A DNA stretch of 64,000 nt from the NCBI GenBank assembly GCA_951804945.1, contig OX638156.1:40858001-40922000 (forward strand), read 5' to 3'. The translations under genes were made by a program, and so were the position numbers. The notes under the pieces were generated by a model. The model saw only the letters and a list, made by a program, of their open reading frames with translations. It was not told the origin of the DNA and did no database searches. Shown here in pieces: positions 1 through 12,560 of this stretch. Within the stretch, counting starts at the first letter, position 1; each line of letters starts with the position of its first letter. The stretch is from Podarcis cretensis. Taxonomy: Eukaryota.

Positions 1-205
1 AGGCAAAAGCATCAGAGGGAACTGGCAGCCTTAGGACAGCCCAGGTGGGAGCCCAGGCATACAAAGTGGGGGTGAGCCAAGTGTTGGCAGAATGGCCTGG
101 AACTCTCTTGAGGGCAGTAGGGCTGTTGCTGCACAGCTTGTTACTTGTCAGCTAAGTGGGGCTTCATCAGCTCTCTTGGGGTCTGAGCTGAAGGTGACTC
201 ACCAG

Positions 206-280
206 GAGATTCCTGCATTGCAGGGGGCTGGACTAGATGACCCCCAGGGTTCCTTTCAACTCTACAATTAAATGATTCTA
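206..280 (+). mobile_element. CR1 LINE 3' tail fragment
   Basis: gagattcctgcattgcaggggg.tggactagatgacc...ttcaactct...atgattct; the same tail recurs near 26253, 43415 and 51650. Confidence 0.75.
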
Positions 281-344
281 AAAACAAAGGCTGTTTTAAG
301 GAGGAAGGGCAGGATATAAATTCAATAAATAAATTCAATAAATA

Positions 345-628
345 AGGTTGCAGTGGATAGCACGATTAAGATGTCAACCCAGTGTGCGGCCAACAGCGTG
401 AAAAAGGGCTAATTCTATGCTAGGGATCATTATTAGGAAAGAGATTGGAACTAAAACTGCCAGCATAATAATGCCCCATTATGCAATCTTATGGTGCGAC
501 AACACCAGGAAGACTGTGTACATTTCTATTCACCTCACCCCAAAAAGGATATTATAGGGTGTGAAAAGGTTCAAAATGATCAAGAGGGTGGAGCAACTCC
601 CTTATGAGGAAAGGTTACAGCCTTTGGC
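345..628 (+). mobile_element. Degraded CR1-type LINE ORF2 3' fragment
   Basis: Translates in part to KMIKRVEQLPYEERLQPL, a typical CR1 ORF2 C-terminal motif. Similar to 28225-28460. Confidence 0.75.
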
Positions 629-1747
629 TTCTGGTTCACTTCCAGGCATCTCCTTCAGCAAAGGAATGTGGAGTCTCTGGTCCGAGGGCCAAATGTGGCC
701 CTCCAGCGCCCCCCACTCGCCCACAGGACTCTCTCCAGGCCACGCCCCTTCCTGAGCCACACCCACCAGTACTGCTTTTGCCTGAGTAGAATGAACTCAT
801 TTAATACCGGTACTTCTTTCTTTGTCTGCATGATGTATGCATGAACAGAAACTAGATGGCTGTATAAAGGTAAAACAAATTCACCCCCATTGCTTTGTCC
901 ACTTTTGCCTCTAGTCCCACTCACCACTGTACTGTGGCCTCTGGAAGGTGGCCCAGAAGGGAATGTGGCCCTCTGTCTGAAGAAGATTCCCCATCCCTGC
1001 TTTTGGATTCTGATTGCTGGAGGAAAGCCAACCACCTTCCATATGGAAGGGCCCTGAACTTCCGTTCAAGTGCAGTGGAAAGTACGGTACCCCCAAAGGA
1101 AAGCCCTGGCTCATTGCTTGGGTCATTGGAGCTTGCTTACTGCAGACTCCCCAGAGCACTGCTGGAAAAGCGCACTGGTACAAAGAGCTGATTTGGTATC
1201 TGCATACTTAAGAAAAGCTTGCTGGATCAGGCCAGTGGCACATCTAGTCCAGCATCCTGTTCTCACAGTGGCCAACCAGATGCCTGTGGGAATCTTGCAA
1301 ACAAGACCTGAGTGCAACTGGAGTGGAGCTTTTCAACAGGCAGAAAGGTAAGGTAAACACAACAAACTGGTTCAACAGCAAGGTAAAGGCAGCCAGGAGC
1401 CAAGGACTTTGTCATGAATCTGAGTAAATCAATAAAGGCAGGGTGACAAGGGACCCCCAAGTCTGTACATGTGATCCTCCCACAGGAGCCGGATGGGTAG
1501 GGGAGACCTATTTTGCATTACACTGTTACAGACACAAGAAGCAGCAGGCAATCCATCAAGAACTTTTTTTTTTGCTAGTCCTGTATACTGCTGAAAGCCG
1601 ATGTTTTTCCTCCCTGTCCCCCTGAGCAGGCATGATCCAGCCCTGCTAGTGGCGAGAGGCCCTATCTGAAAGCACATCAATAGAAGGACTGGTCTGTGCA
1701 GCCACATCCGAAGTTCAGAAGTATTCAAAGTACTAATGTGAGACTAA

Positions 1748-2016
1748 GGGCTTATCCACACTTCCTCCCCCCACCCCCGCTTTCCCTCAGGAAAACCCAT
1801 GGTTTAGTGCTGAATTGGAACAAATGGCAATTGGATTTTCTACGGGTTGCTATTTATTCTGATTTAGCACTGAAGAGTGGTTTTCGGGGGCGGGGGGAAG
1901 CAATGGGGCAAACACAAAACTGCTCAGACCTGTGCCTAGAAAGCACGGAACAAGCAGAAAACCACTCAAACCCATGCTTTCTAGGCATGGGACAAGCAGA
2001 CATGTGGACCAGCCCC
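1748..2016. mobile_element. Palindromic MITE, PIF/Harbinger-like
   Basis: Ends gggcttatccaca...tgtggaccagccc, preceded by TAA. Internal inverted repeats (tgcctagaaagca / tgctttctaggca). Confidence 0.55.
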
Positions 2017-2800
2017 AAGAGGGCATTTTTCTGCTTCTGCGATTCAATGCAATTAGATTCTGCAGGCCGTCACTTGAACAACACAGCACATTTTTGCCTC
2101 TCACACTTGTGCGTGCGCACAACAAATCCCTGCCCAAATCTCCAGAGTCCAGATCAGCAGACCTGCTGCTGTGCTGCGGACAGGCAGCTCTCCCTTCCTC
2201 ATAGCCTGGAGTCCCAGGGCAGGGGGAGAACCTCCAGCAGGCAGAGCCAGGGGCTCTTCTCCTCCCACCCAAGGAAGCTGCAGAGGGAGGAGCTAGGGCC
2301 TGCCTGGGAAGTGGTATGAAGAGTGTGCAAACGGAGCACCTCTGTGCAAATAAACAAAAAGCATTCCATCACTGAATCATTCAAACATGTCACTCACAAA
2401 AGTGTGACATGGTGGATAAAGGACTAGAGCTTGCATCCCTTCTTGCCCTTGGAGCTGATTGAAGTGCTATGGGCAAGTCATTCTCAGGCTAAGCTACCTC
2501 CTTCTCACAGGGTTGTTGGGAGGATAAAACACCACGTACCATACTCTGAACTCCTCAGAGGGAAGGTTGGATAAGCATTAGATAGTAAAATAATTTTATA
2601 TGAGTCATTATTATTTATGGGCGTCATTTATTTTTAATTTGGGGGCAGAATCTTAATTGCCAGAGCCCCTATGGCTTCATGCCTTAGGGGGACAGAGTGG
2701 CAGTTCTTGTGTGCTTGGGGGCCTTTCACAGAACACCCCTCCTTCCTGCTTTTCTCCTGGCCACCCTCCCTCCCCACTCTCTGTTTCCCTATAGACTCAC

Positions 2801-2949
2801 CTGTAGTCCTCCGTCAGAGTAACACAGGACTCTTCTTTCCTCAGGCGAGCAAGAAGTGCCCCTCCTTCCAGCTGCAACCTGACCAGCCGTCTATCATCAA
2901 GAACATTCTTCATTAATTGCCTGTAGCTCTTCAGCAAGGCATCAGCCTC
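2801..2949 (-). CDS. PLEKHG4: PLEKHG4 exon 10 (spectrin-like repeat); gene continues beyond position 1
   Basis: 149 nt, tctcag|...|gtgagt, phase 0 to 2. EADALLKSYRQLMKNVLDDRRLVRLQLEGGALLARLRKEESCVTLTEDYR (human recalled as ...VTLSPDYR). Confidence 0.94.
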
Positions 2950-3621
2950 CTGAGAAACCAAGAAAAGCACACAGACCCTGCTCAGGGCATTTACAATCAA
3001 ATGTTTTTCTTAACCAGTATGAAAAGCAGCCTGAAAAAATTGCCCACCCTCACAAGCTCCTAAAAGTGACCTGGGAACAGAAGATGAGAATCCTCCCTCT
3101 TTGCTGAGGTATTATGATGATTTAGACCCAGTCGTTTTGCTCTGAGATCAACTGGTCCTTTTCCGTCCTTCCTGACACAGGTAGGTGCTGCTCTGAGGCC
3201 AACAGAACAGCAAGAGGCACCCAAGTTTCACACTGAAAAGATGACACAGAATAGCAGAGGGCACAGCCTCCTTACATCCTGCTCTCTGCTGTAGTTGTGC
3301 TGCAAAGCCTGCTGGCCTGGCCAGGTCTCCAGGCACTCCAGGGTCTCCTCCCCAGCAAGCTGTCTCTCTGCGGCAAGAAAGAAGCACCGGGATGCCCAAG
3401 ACTGACACACCACTCCCTTCCCACAATACATTCTGGGCAACTGCTCTTTACTTCCTGGAGTGGACCTTCATTTCTGGCCATGGCGGCCAAACATAATAAT
3501 GATACATTGGGGTGATTGTAAATGTTTGTGTCATTTACTCGGTGCTCCCCTCCCCTTGCTTACTCTTCAAACTCTTGAAACAAGTGATGGTTGTTCTATA
3601 GACGGGAAGCAGAAGACTCAC

Positions 3622-3720
3622 CTCCGCTTTCTCTGGCCAGCTGCTGGACTCCACAGCTTGGATAGCTTCCCTGAGGAAGGTGCCAGCATCTTCGCATCCA
3701 TGCAGCAAGTGCTCCAGGCG
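3622..3720 (-). CDS. PLEKHG4: PLEKHG4 exon 9 (spectrin-like repeat)
   Basis: 99 nt, ctttcag|...|gtgagt. RLEHLLHGCEDAGTFLREAIQAVESSSWPEKAE. Confidence 0.92.
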
Positions 3721-3917
3721 CTGAAAGGCCAGCAAGCAGTACAGAGTTGACTGACAGCCCACCTCCTTCCTTGAGGCTCCCAAACCAAGCAGTTTTCTCC
3801 TGGGTTAGGGAGGGGAACGCTGGGAGGCCCTAGAGACTGGTCTGGACTATGGCCAAAGCTGCTTATACCACCAAGCAGCAGCATTACTGGGCCAGGATGT
3901 GAGCATCACTCACTCAC

Positions 3918-4034
3918 CATTCGAAAGCGCAGCCAGTCCTGATGGCAATACGGAAGGGACCCATCAAATTCCAGGGGCAGCTGCGCCCCCTCGATGTGCT
4001 TGTGGAGGGATTTCATGGAGGTGAGAAGTTCCCA
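3918..4034 (-). CDS. PLEKHG4: PLEKHG4 exon 8 (end of SEC14-like region)
   Basis: 117 nt, cctcag|...|gtgagt. WELLTSMKSLHKHIEGAQLPLEFDGSLPYCHQDWLRFRM carries the Trio-family QLPxxxGGxLPYxHxxW signature. Confidence 0.95.
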
Positions 4035-4775
4035 CTGAGGAGAAACAAACATGCAACTGCAAAAATGAGGCAAAGACCCCTGAGATAGGCCAATGGGCCA
4101 GTGAACTGGGCCCAGACTCTCCTGCTGGCCTTCACATCAATACCTCCCAGCTGTGCTGCATCTTGGAATAAGGCACTTGAAGGAGAGGTTCAGAGAGGAG
4201 AGAGATTAGGGCAACAAGAGAGGAATATTGGAAGGTTCAGGACAGAGAAAAGAAAGGACTTTTTCACACAGCATCACCTAGCTGAGCTGCGGTATTTTCT
4301 CCCACAAAAGGCAGTGAAGATCAACAACTTGGCTACCTTTATAAAGGAGGTACGACAAGCTCACAGAAGAGAGGAAAGCTATCAAAGGCTACCAGCCATG
4401 AAGGCTATGTTCTGCCTCTATCTTTGGTCAGCAGTAGGGGATAGGGAGGATCAGAGTGATTCTTAGTCACCATGGGTTAAAAACTTGTCCCAAGAGCCAA
4501 GGGATGTATAGACCCTCCTGGTGATTTTCCTTGGATGAAGGGGAAGTGCATGGAGTGAACACAGTCTAACAAAGCAAGGCAGGTGAAGGGTGGCTGCCAC
4601 AGCCCAACTCCCAACAACAGAAACTCAGTTGGTTGACCAGTTGGTTGGTGGCAGCTCAGCAGAGCAGCACTAGAGGAGCTACCCAGGGTCAGGCATGAGT
4701 TACAAAAGGGAAGCAATGCCCTCAGGTTTCCCCTGGTGATGGCAAAGCACTCCTTATCTGGTCCAATTGATAATA

Positions 4776-5023
4776 CAGTCGTACTTCGGAAGTCGAATGC
4801 CTTGCGAGTTGAACGTTTTGGGTCCTGAACACCACAAACCCAGAAGTGAGTGTTCCGGTTTGCAAACGTTCTTTGGCACCCAAACATCCAACGTGGGTTC
4901 TACAGCTTCCAATTGGCTGCAGGAGCTTTCTACAGCTAATCAGAAGCTGCACCTTGGTTTCTGAACGTTTTGGAAGTTGAACGGACTTCCAAAACTGATT
5001 CTGTTTGACTTCTGAGGTACCTG
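4776..5023. mobile_element. Tc1/mariner (pogo/Tigger-like) MITE
   Basis: TA|cagtcgtacttcggaagtcgaa...tttgacttctgaggtacctg|TA: imperfect TIRs with a TA target-site duplication. Confidence 0.75.
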
Positions 5024-6255
5024 TACTTGTTTGGTGTCTTCTGCTGCTCTCCCTTCTTTCCAGAGCCTCCTTGGCTTAAGGCTTAAGCCATTTCTCCTCT
5101 AGCACTGAGAACATCTCCCCGCCTTCCCCAGCCTCCTCGCCTAGTTTAATTGCTGTCTTCCCTTTCAGCTGACATATTGGCATGTTGATGCCTTCTGCTT
5201 GTCAGGTTTGCTCTCTCAACCTGAGGGGCTGGTTCCTTTACACATGCTCAAGTCATGTGAAATCTAAATCATGCACAAAAGAGTCAGGTTGTCATCCTAA
5301 AAGAGGGGAAAGTCATGAAAAGTGACTGGGCACAAAACACTTTTGTAATTTGAAACAAATATGTTCAGATCTGGAGCAAGTTGACATTCTTCACCCAAAA
5401 TAATCCATACAAACAAAAACTATGATTGCAAGCTTTTTTCTGAACTTTTGGTTGCCACCAACTAAGTATTACACAGAGTAAACCAATTAAAATTAACAGA
5501 CACAACTAACTTAAATCCATTAATTTCAATGGGTCTGTTCTGAGTTGAATGTAGCTGGAGAAAACCTTTTATATTTGGAGGACTGCAAGAGACCACAGAG
5601 GAACAAATGTCAATGCTGCAGCTAGACCAAAAGGACAATTTTTGAGATTCTTTACCAGCTTTGAAATAAGCTGTTTTGTCTCAGCAGTATTTTGGAGCTA
5701 ATGTGAAATTAATTTGTGGGAAGGGAAGAGAGAGAATCAGAGCAGCCTTTTTGTTTTTCCTATAAAGCCCTGTTCTGATGTGCTTTTTGCATTTTGGGAA
5801 ATTCAGAATGGCTCTTTTTCTTCTCACTGAGAGGCAGCAGATAAATATCTACATTTATCTAAATATCTAAAAAAAAACATTTTTACAGAAAAGTGGACTG
5901 TATCCCCCAGCAGTTCCTTTTATTTGAGTGGTGTAGTGTTAAACACCTCTCCAAATAAAAGGTAGTCATTGAAGCAGGTTTGTTAAAAATATAAAGTCAC
6001 AGTGTGCCAGTCCATGCAACCTGGAATGACACACAGGACAGGCCCATCCAACACATTTTCTAAAGTCTCCCTGCAACTGAGCTTGGAAGCTAAATAACGG
6101 AAAATAAAAGGAAGTTGAAATTCCTTTACATTCAAACTCTGTGCCAGATAAGACTACCCAGAATTTTGCAACAAAGAATTGCAGAGGCAAACAAGCCTGA
6201 GAGTAAAAGAGTGAAGTGCTAAGAGATGAAAAAGGTGTGTCAATACCACTCATAC

Positions 6256-6342
6256 CTGTATAGAAGCTGGTTTTTCCAATCGAAAACTGATATCTTTCTC
6301 AACAAGCAACAGGGCCCCATGGATACAGCGAGGGACAGCATC
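6256..6342 (-). CDS. PLEKHG4: PLEKHG4 exon 7 (SEC14-like)
   Basis: 87 nt, ctttcag|...|gtatga, phase 0 to 0. DAVPRCIHGALLLVEKDISFRLEKPASIQ. Confidence 0.9.
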
Positions 6343-6632
6343 CTGAAAGAGCAGAAACAGAGATTAGAGGAGCCCCTGCTGTTGGCTTTGGCTCTGGTCC
6401 AAAGTCTCGTCTGGTCTTATGAGCAGCTGGGCAAGGATCTTTTCTTGACTGTTTGCTTTGCACAGACTTTGCTCTGCCTTCCTACAAGCCATTCCTTTTT
6501 TTAAAGTGAAAGAGACAAATTTGATGGCCTGATGGGCACTGCCACCTGCTTGTTCTAACCGGGTTCCTCTGGTCACTCTTTGGGGTTGGAAGGAAGAGGA
6601 AAAGACAAAGGAGTTGGTAGCAAAGGCCTCAC

Positions 6633-6726
6633 CTGCAGAACAGCTAAAGCTTTAAAGAGAGCTGGGACTGGAGAGCATCGACGGGCATCTACCAGGATAG
6701 TTAGGCCCAAAGCCTGGCACTCGCGC
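6633..6726 (-). CDS. PLEKHG4: PLEKHG4 exon 6 (SEC14-like)
   Basis: 94 nt, ttccag|...|gtgagg, phase 2 to 0. RECQALGLTILVDARRCSPVPALFKALAVLQ (human recalled as VQALGLTVLVDAR). Confidence 0.94.
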
Positions 6727-7489
6727 CTGGAAGTCAAAAAGAAGAGAAGACTTCATTGCTGAGGATCCATACAAGCTATTCTAGAGCGCCCAACTCTAGA
6801 CAATAGCCTCTCAGCAACAGCAGCCCTCAAACCACTGGCCCTATTTCTTATACCACCAAGGGTGCTTCTAGACAGGTGGAACCTGGCACTACCCAATTAC
6901 TGCCCTTCTCTTCCACAATATCAGTGGAATTGCAGCTGACTATCCACATTGGTCCTCAGGATTTTATTTAAGGAATGTTCATGGGGTGGGGGGAGAGAAC
7001 TACCACAAAAGGGCACTTTAAAATCATGCATAAGGGCATTTTTAATCTTCGTTTTAATTAACTGCACATTTAAAGAAATAAATAAAAGTACATTTAATTA
7101 AATGTCATTAAACATGGATTGTAATAGTAAATTATTGTAATTCTAAGGAAACTTAGAATTTAAAATTTAACTTAGCACATCAATATTATTATTATGATGA
7201 TTATTATTATTATTTACAAAACCCCACCCAGCATAAATCTCTGGAACAGACCAACATAGTTTCCTGTGTCTAGTGGACAACAGCAAGCCAAGGATCATAC
7301 TAATATGTACTGTCTACTCCATGAGAATTGCTCCTTGATAAGTATGTACAGGATTGCAGCCTGAATTGGTTAACTTTAAAGGTGCTAATAAGGGGCCCGA
7401 TAAATTTTCAGACCTATGGGGGGAAAGTATTCCCCTTCCCCAACTTCTTCACTTCTACACATTTCCCCCAAAATATGGAATAAGGTGGA

Positions 7490-7855
7490 GAGATATTAAC
7501 TGGGCTAAGACCTGGGAGATCAGGATTAAATTTCCACTGTTGAACCTTGAAGCAGTGAAACCTTTAACCTTACTGTCTTGTCAGCCTAACCTACCTCTCA
7601 CAGGGTGGTGGCGGTGGTGGTAATGATGATGATAATGATGATGATGATAACAACAACAACAAAAACAAAAACAACAACAATAATAATAATAATATACCCT
7701 ACCCATCTGGTTGGGTTTCCCCAGCGACTCTGGGCGACTTCCAGAACATATAAAAGCATAATAAAATGTTAAAAACTTCCCTATGGGGAAATGGAGAATC
7801 ATGAGTGCAACCTTGAGCTCCTTGGAAGGAAATGAGGCAATTAATGTAATAAAGA
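7490..7855. mobile_element. CORE/MIR-like SINE interrupted by an antisense L2 3' end and its microsatellite tail
   Basis: SINE core cagcctaacctacctctcacagggt at about 7582-7606, resuming near 7783. Positions 7690-7782 are the reverse complement of the L2 3' end at 35530-35640. Confidence 0.65.
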
Positions 7856-8501
7856 AGATTTCTAGCCTGTCAACCCCTGGCCTGAGGGTAGTGCTTAGGC
7901 AAGGTCTGAAGTAATATAAAAACAAGTAAGTCTAAAAATCAAAGAAAAAAGAATCTGGGACACAACCAGGATTTTCTGGCCTGTGCACATTAGACTCTAC
8001 ATGCAAGTCTTTGGCAAATCCAGTGTGTGAGTTTCTGCTGGGACAGGCTTGCCTGGGTGGGCTGTCCAGGCACAGTGTCATCCATGCTCCTGTACTATGT
8101 ACTGTATAGGCTTTAAATACTATGCTCTCATTTGAACAGTCTCTTGCAGCTTACTACTTTTTGGAATGCCATTTAAAATTTGACAAAGCACTTTATCATT
8201 TTTTATCCTCTCAACTAACCAGTATAGTAGGCCACGGTGCAATTTTAGCAAAACAACAAGAAGAACCGTACTTCCATCTTGAAGGTTAACTAAGTTGCTG
8301 TACTCAGGGCTTGATGGCCCCGATGCCTCCTGATTTTCAAAAGCACAGTATCTCTGCAAACAGCACACATGGAGAAGAAATGCAGCCTGCATAACGGGAA
8401 ACACTAGAAGGCCTACTGGTGTGATACATATATTGCACAGCAGTATTTCTTCCTGCTCTAGTCACTCTCTCCTTCTTCCCTTCCTCAGTCATCCCACAAA
8501 C

Positions 8502-8625
8502 CTGAGGACACTCCGTAAGTACAGGAGGAGGCGCATCAGCTCACTAGCATTGCAGTGTGGATTTAGCCAAATTGTATTCCTCATTGTGATGATGACCACG
8601 GCATGTCCATACTTGTCTCTGGTGC
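8502..8625 (-). CDS. PLEKHG4: PLEKHG4 exon 5 (start of SEC14/CRAL-TRIO-like region)
   Basis: 124 nt, cacag|...|gtttgt, phase 1 to 2. GTRDKYGHAVVIITMRNTIWLNPHCNASELMRLLLYLRSVLR. Confidence 0.93.
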
Positions 8626-10230
8626 CTGTGAATAAGGATGATTTGGTTAAATCTGGCTACGGGGCAGGAATTACAGTTATGCTCTTTCCACGCACAGGAA
8701 GCCCTTGGGAAATGTTGGCCATTGGCCATTCGCCTGGACAGGTAAAATGCAGGCAGACACACAGACTTTATTCTAATGAGATAACCTGTGGCTCCTAATC
8801 CTTTTAGTGGACAAAACACCTAGGGGGTTTCACCTTGGGCCTTTGATCCAAAAGGAAGTCTCTGTTGGAACCCCAACACAGAAGATTCCCTGGGCTCTCT
8901 TCTAAACAAGACTAACCTGACTTAGTGAGGTAGAAGGATGAAAGTGTGAAAGACGCTTGCTTTAAAAAAAGGCAGTTCACAGTTCTCTCCTTCTTTTACT
9001 TGGGTTGGGTGCTTTTATTTGCAGGATTTCCAGGCAAATGCAGTATGTGGAACACCATTTGAAAACTACTAGTAGTACTACCACCTAGTACTTAAGACTA
9101 GAGCCCAAAGACCGAAGAAATGGACTACTGGTTTATTATCCAGTTAGTTAGTTACATCTGTCTCTTGCCTTTCTACCAAATGTTGCTCAAGAAAGCTAAC
9201 TACAATAAAATGCAAAAAAAAACAAACAATAAAAACATAAAAACAGCTGAAGTAAATCATTAACAGAACTTCCCCTCAAACCTCCAAATTGTTCTTGCCT
9301 CCTGCTATTACTTTTCAATCACTCTTTAATATCTTTTAAAATATACGGTATATATTCTTCCACCCTAAGGCACTGATTGGCTTAAACAAATACATGGTTA
9401 TTTAACATAACATAAATAAAACCAATACAAGAACCTGCCTTCACCTGTTGCCTCCAGCCCAGCAAGGGCCACCCAGTCTAAAAGCTGCTATTGTAAGCCT
9501 CAAGCCTCAGTTGGCTTTTCTCATGCCCACCTTTAAAAAGGAGTCTTAAGCATGCAAAACCATATCCACTCATTCACTGAAGATCCACTTACGACTGCAA
9601 CAGAGAAATGGACTTTCCCTAAATATTCAATGAATGAACAGAAGAATGAATGAATACCAAAAAACAAACACATTTTGAAAACCTGTATCCTAGAAGCAGA
9701 ATTTGTTAACAAAGACAAATGCAAACCTGCATACCAGTAATTAGGTCATTAGGGCAGAATTTGGCACCTGTGGACATACAATGAACAGAGTGCTGTCAAT
9801 GAAGACCATACTCAAGCATTGGAATGGTCTTCTGAAAGCTCCATTTCCCCCCACATCTTCAAAACAAGCAAGCGATCTTCTCAGCATGTGTTGGAGAGGC
9901 TACAGCACCAATATGGGAAAGGGTTTGACAGTCAGCAACCATGCTTTGGGAAACCTGCTGTGTCAAGTCACATTGGCCCTCAGGCAAAGGCAGTGAGCAG
10001 CTCATAGCAGCCCCATCAGTGAAGGTAGTCTTGCCTCTTTCACCTTGAGATGGGCAATGTTTCGTGTCTGCTGTAAGCACTACAAGCCAAAGGAGCAGCA
10101 TAGAATGATCTGGTCTATAAAGTAAACATTAAGCTTCACTCAGGCACACACACAACCCTTCTCCACCTGCTGCCTTTTTGCAAAGGCAAAAGAATTTCAG
10201 CAACAGTCTATGAAGAGCCATGCTTATTAC

Positions 10231-10446
10231 CTGGCAGGCAGGCAACTCCACTCCTAAGCACCTCCCAGTTTACATCCTTCATGGAAGTGGGGACAGTTTG
10301 TTGACTTCCACCAGATGGAACAAAGGGATATTCTTGGTGTGCGACCACTGCTGAGCCTTCTTCCCAGATAGATCCACGATCAGCTGGCACCAGCCTAACT
10401 TGGTCACCTCCTCTGCTGAATTCTTCTACCCATTTCAATGAGGCTT
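10231..10446 (-). CDS. PLEKHG4: PLEKHG4 exon 4
   Basis: 216 nt, ttttacag|...|gtaata, phase 1 to 1. Ends DVNWEVLRSGVACLPG (human recalled as DLCWELLASGMATLPG). Confidence 0.92.
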
Positions 10447-12169
10447 CTGTAAAAGAAAAAGTGATGCTAGAAGAATAGGTCTATCACCAACTTTGTGTTG
10501 GGTATTTGGCTGTGACGCTTGGGTTATAAAAGTGTTGCTTTTTCCTCTTAAGGCCTCTTTTGCATCGGAGAATCAGGAGAAGAAGGAAGGGTTGGTTTGG
10601 CAGGTTTGCTTGCCTGCCTTCACTTTCACTGTGCAAACTACAGCCCATGCTGTCGCAGATGCACACAGAGACCCGTGTCACTGTTGCCAAATAAATTCAG
10701 AGAAAATTAGTTTATTTATTAAACTGCGACAGTTAAAAATAAAGCAAATATAATAAACACAAAAATAACCAATTATAGTGTGTTTAAAAGTCACTACTCC
10801 ACACACCTGCTTATTCATAGCCATTGAACATCAGCCCAAAGAGGGGAGGGTAGTAACAGCTCCCATGGGAAATATACCAGCTGAGACCTAGAGAAACAAC
10901 ACAGGACCAAATTCAAGACGGGCAGGTTTCTAATCTGACTGCACCATTTTCCTGATCTAAATGCCCCCTAACTGAAGCTGTCCTGTAAGGGGATATAGGT
11001 GCCTAGGATAAAAGCAGCTTCAGGGTTGGGGAGGCAATTTAGATTGGAAAAACAGCACAGAAGGAAAGGGTTAAATGTCTCCTGTCCAAGTGCTAATCCC
11101 CATTTATCCAATTTGTGAGGCTCTATGTCTGCATTGACCTGAAACAACTGCCCCACCATCATGCACAAAAAATCTCAACAACAACAACTGGCAGAAAGCT
11201 GCTATCAGATCTCCTGACATCTCATCTTGCCTCAAGAAGCAGCTACCAGGAAAAAAAGTTCTCTCAACACCTTACTTGTCAAACGTGGCATGCAAATGGC
11301 ACAGCCAAGGCGGCACTCTCAACTGATCTTCCCTGTGGCAAGCGTAGGGAGGAGAGAAGGCAGCCTCGGAGGTAATTAGAAACAAAGCCTAAGAGTTTTC
11401 TTGGTCAAGAGCCACACCTTACATTGTGACCAGAAGACAATAAGGAGCTAAGATAGATGCTGGAGAACTGATGTAATTCATTCTTTGCTGTAACGGAGAA
11501 GGTGGGCTGCTGTGTGTTTTTGCCAAGTGAAGCTTCTGAATATATCACCATCTAGGGATGCCCAATATAGAGTGTGTTACAGTAGTTTGGCCTTGAGATA
11601 CTAAAAGAAGCTGAGCACCACCCATTATTATGTCATAACTACTTCTCTCCCCTAGTGTACACATCCTGCTGCATGGAATGCAAACAGCAGTTGCTAGAGG
11701 TCTTTGGCAGCCAACCTTGGTGACAAACCATCTTGATGTTCTGCAGCTTCTGTCTCAGAGCCATTTCTGCTGTTATTGGTACTCCATACCACTGCAGACC
11801 AGGACACACCATGTTATCCTCCTCCAGAATGCTAAAGAAGCATGGACCAGAAAGGAGTTTTCTCCCCATTCTTTGTTTTCAAGCTCACCTCCAGAAGTGG
11901 AAGGGGAAGAGGAAAGGGCCTGGGACAAGCTGCCTTTCAACAAGAAAAGGGAAGGTTTACAGCTATTTTGATTTTTAAAAATTACCTCAGATCTTTCTGA
12001 CTCAGCAATATCCTTCAATGAATAACATTAAGGGGCATCTTTTATTGATAGCAAAGCTGCCAACAACTCAATTAAACACAATTTGTGTACATCTCAGCCA
12101 AATCCAAGTGAAAACTCGCAGGGAGCAAGCTTTCAGAGTCAAGCAGGGCAAGAAGTGCAGCCCTGGCAC

Positions 12170-12171
<2 letters not shown>

Positions 12172-12212
<41 letters not shown>
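12172..12212. repeat. (CA)n microsatellite
   Basis: Directly visible run. Confidence 0.95.
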
Positions 12213-12217
<5 letters not shown>

Positions 12218-12363
12218 CTCTCCAAAATCTGCTGCTATAGGCCTGCTGTCTGCTGGTGTGGTGTGACATCTGGCCTCCACTCCAGGCCCTTGTGCCAAGG
12301 ACCCACTTCCTCAAAAAGCACCTCTGCACAGGTCTCATTCATTTCAATGGAGTTTGCAAATTA

Positions 12364-12560
12364 GAGGAATGGCTCAGTTCAGTGGGATAGCAACCAATTT
12401 GTCCACAGAAGGTCCAAAGGTTCTATCCCCGCTGGCTTCTTCAGGATGGGATATGAAAGACTCCTCTCTGAAACTCTGGAGAGCCACTGGAAGTCAGTGT
12501 AGACAGTACTAAGCTAGCTGGACAAATGGATGACTGAGTATAAGGCAAATTCCTATTTTT
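12364..12560 (+). mobile_element. tRNA-derived squamate SINE (Squam3-like)
   Basis: A/B-box-like head, then ctgaaactctggagagccactg..agtcagtgtagacagtact...tataaggca..ttccta. Related copies near 22495-22690, 30490-30610(-), 44965-45090, 53100-53220(-) and 62500-62690. Confidence 0.65.
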
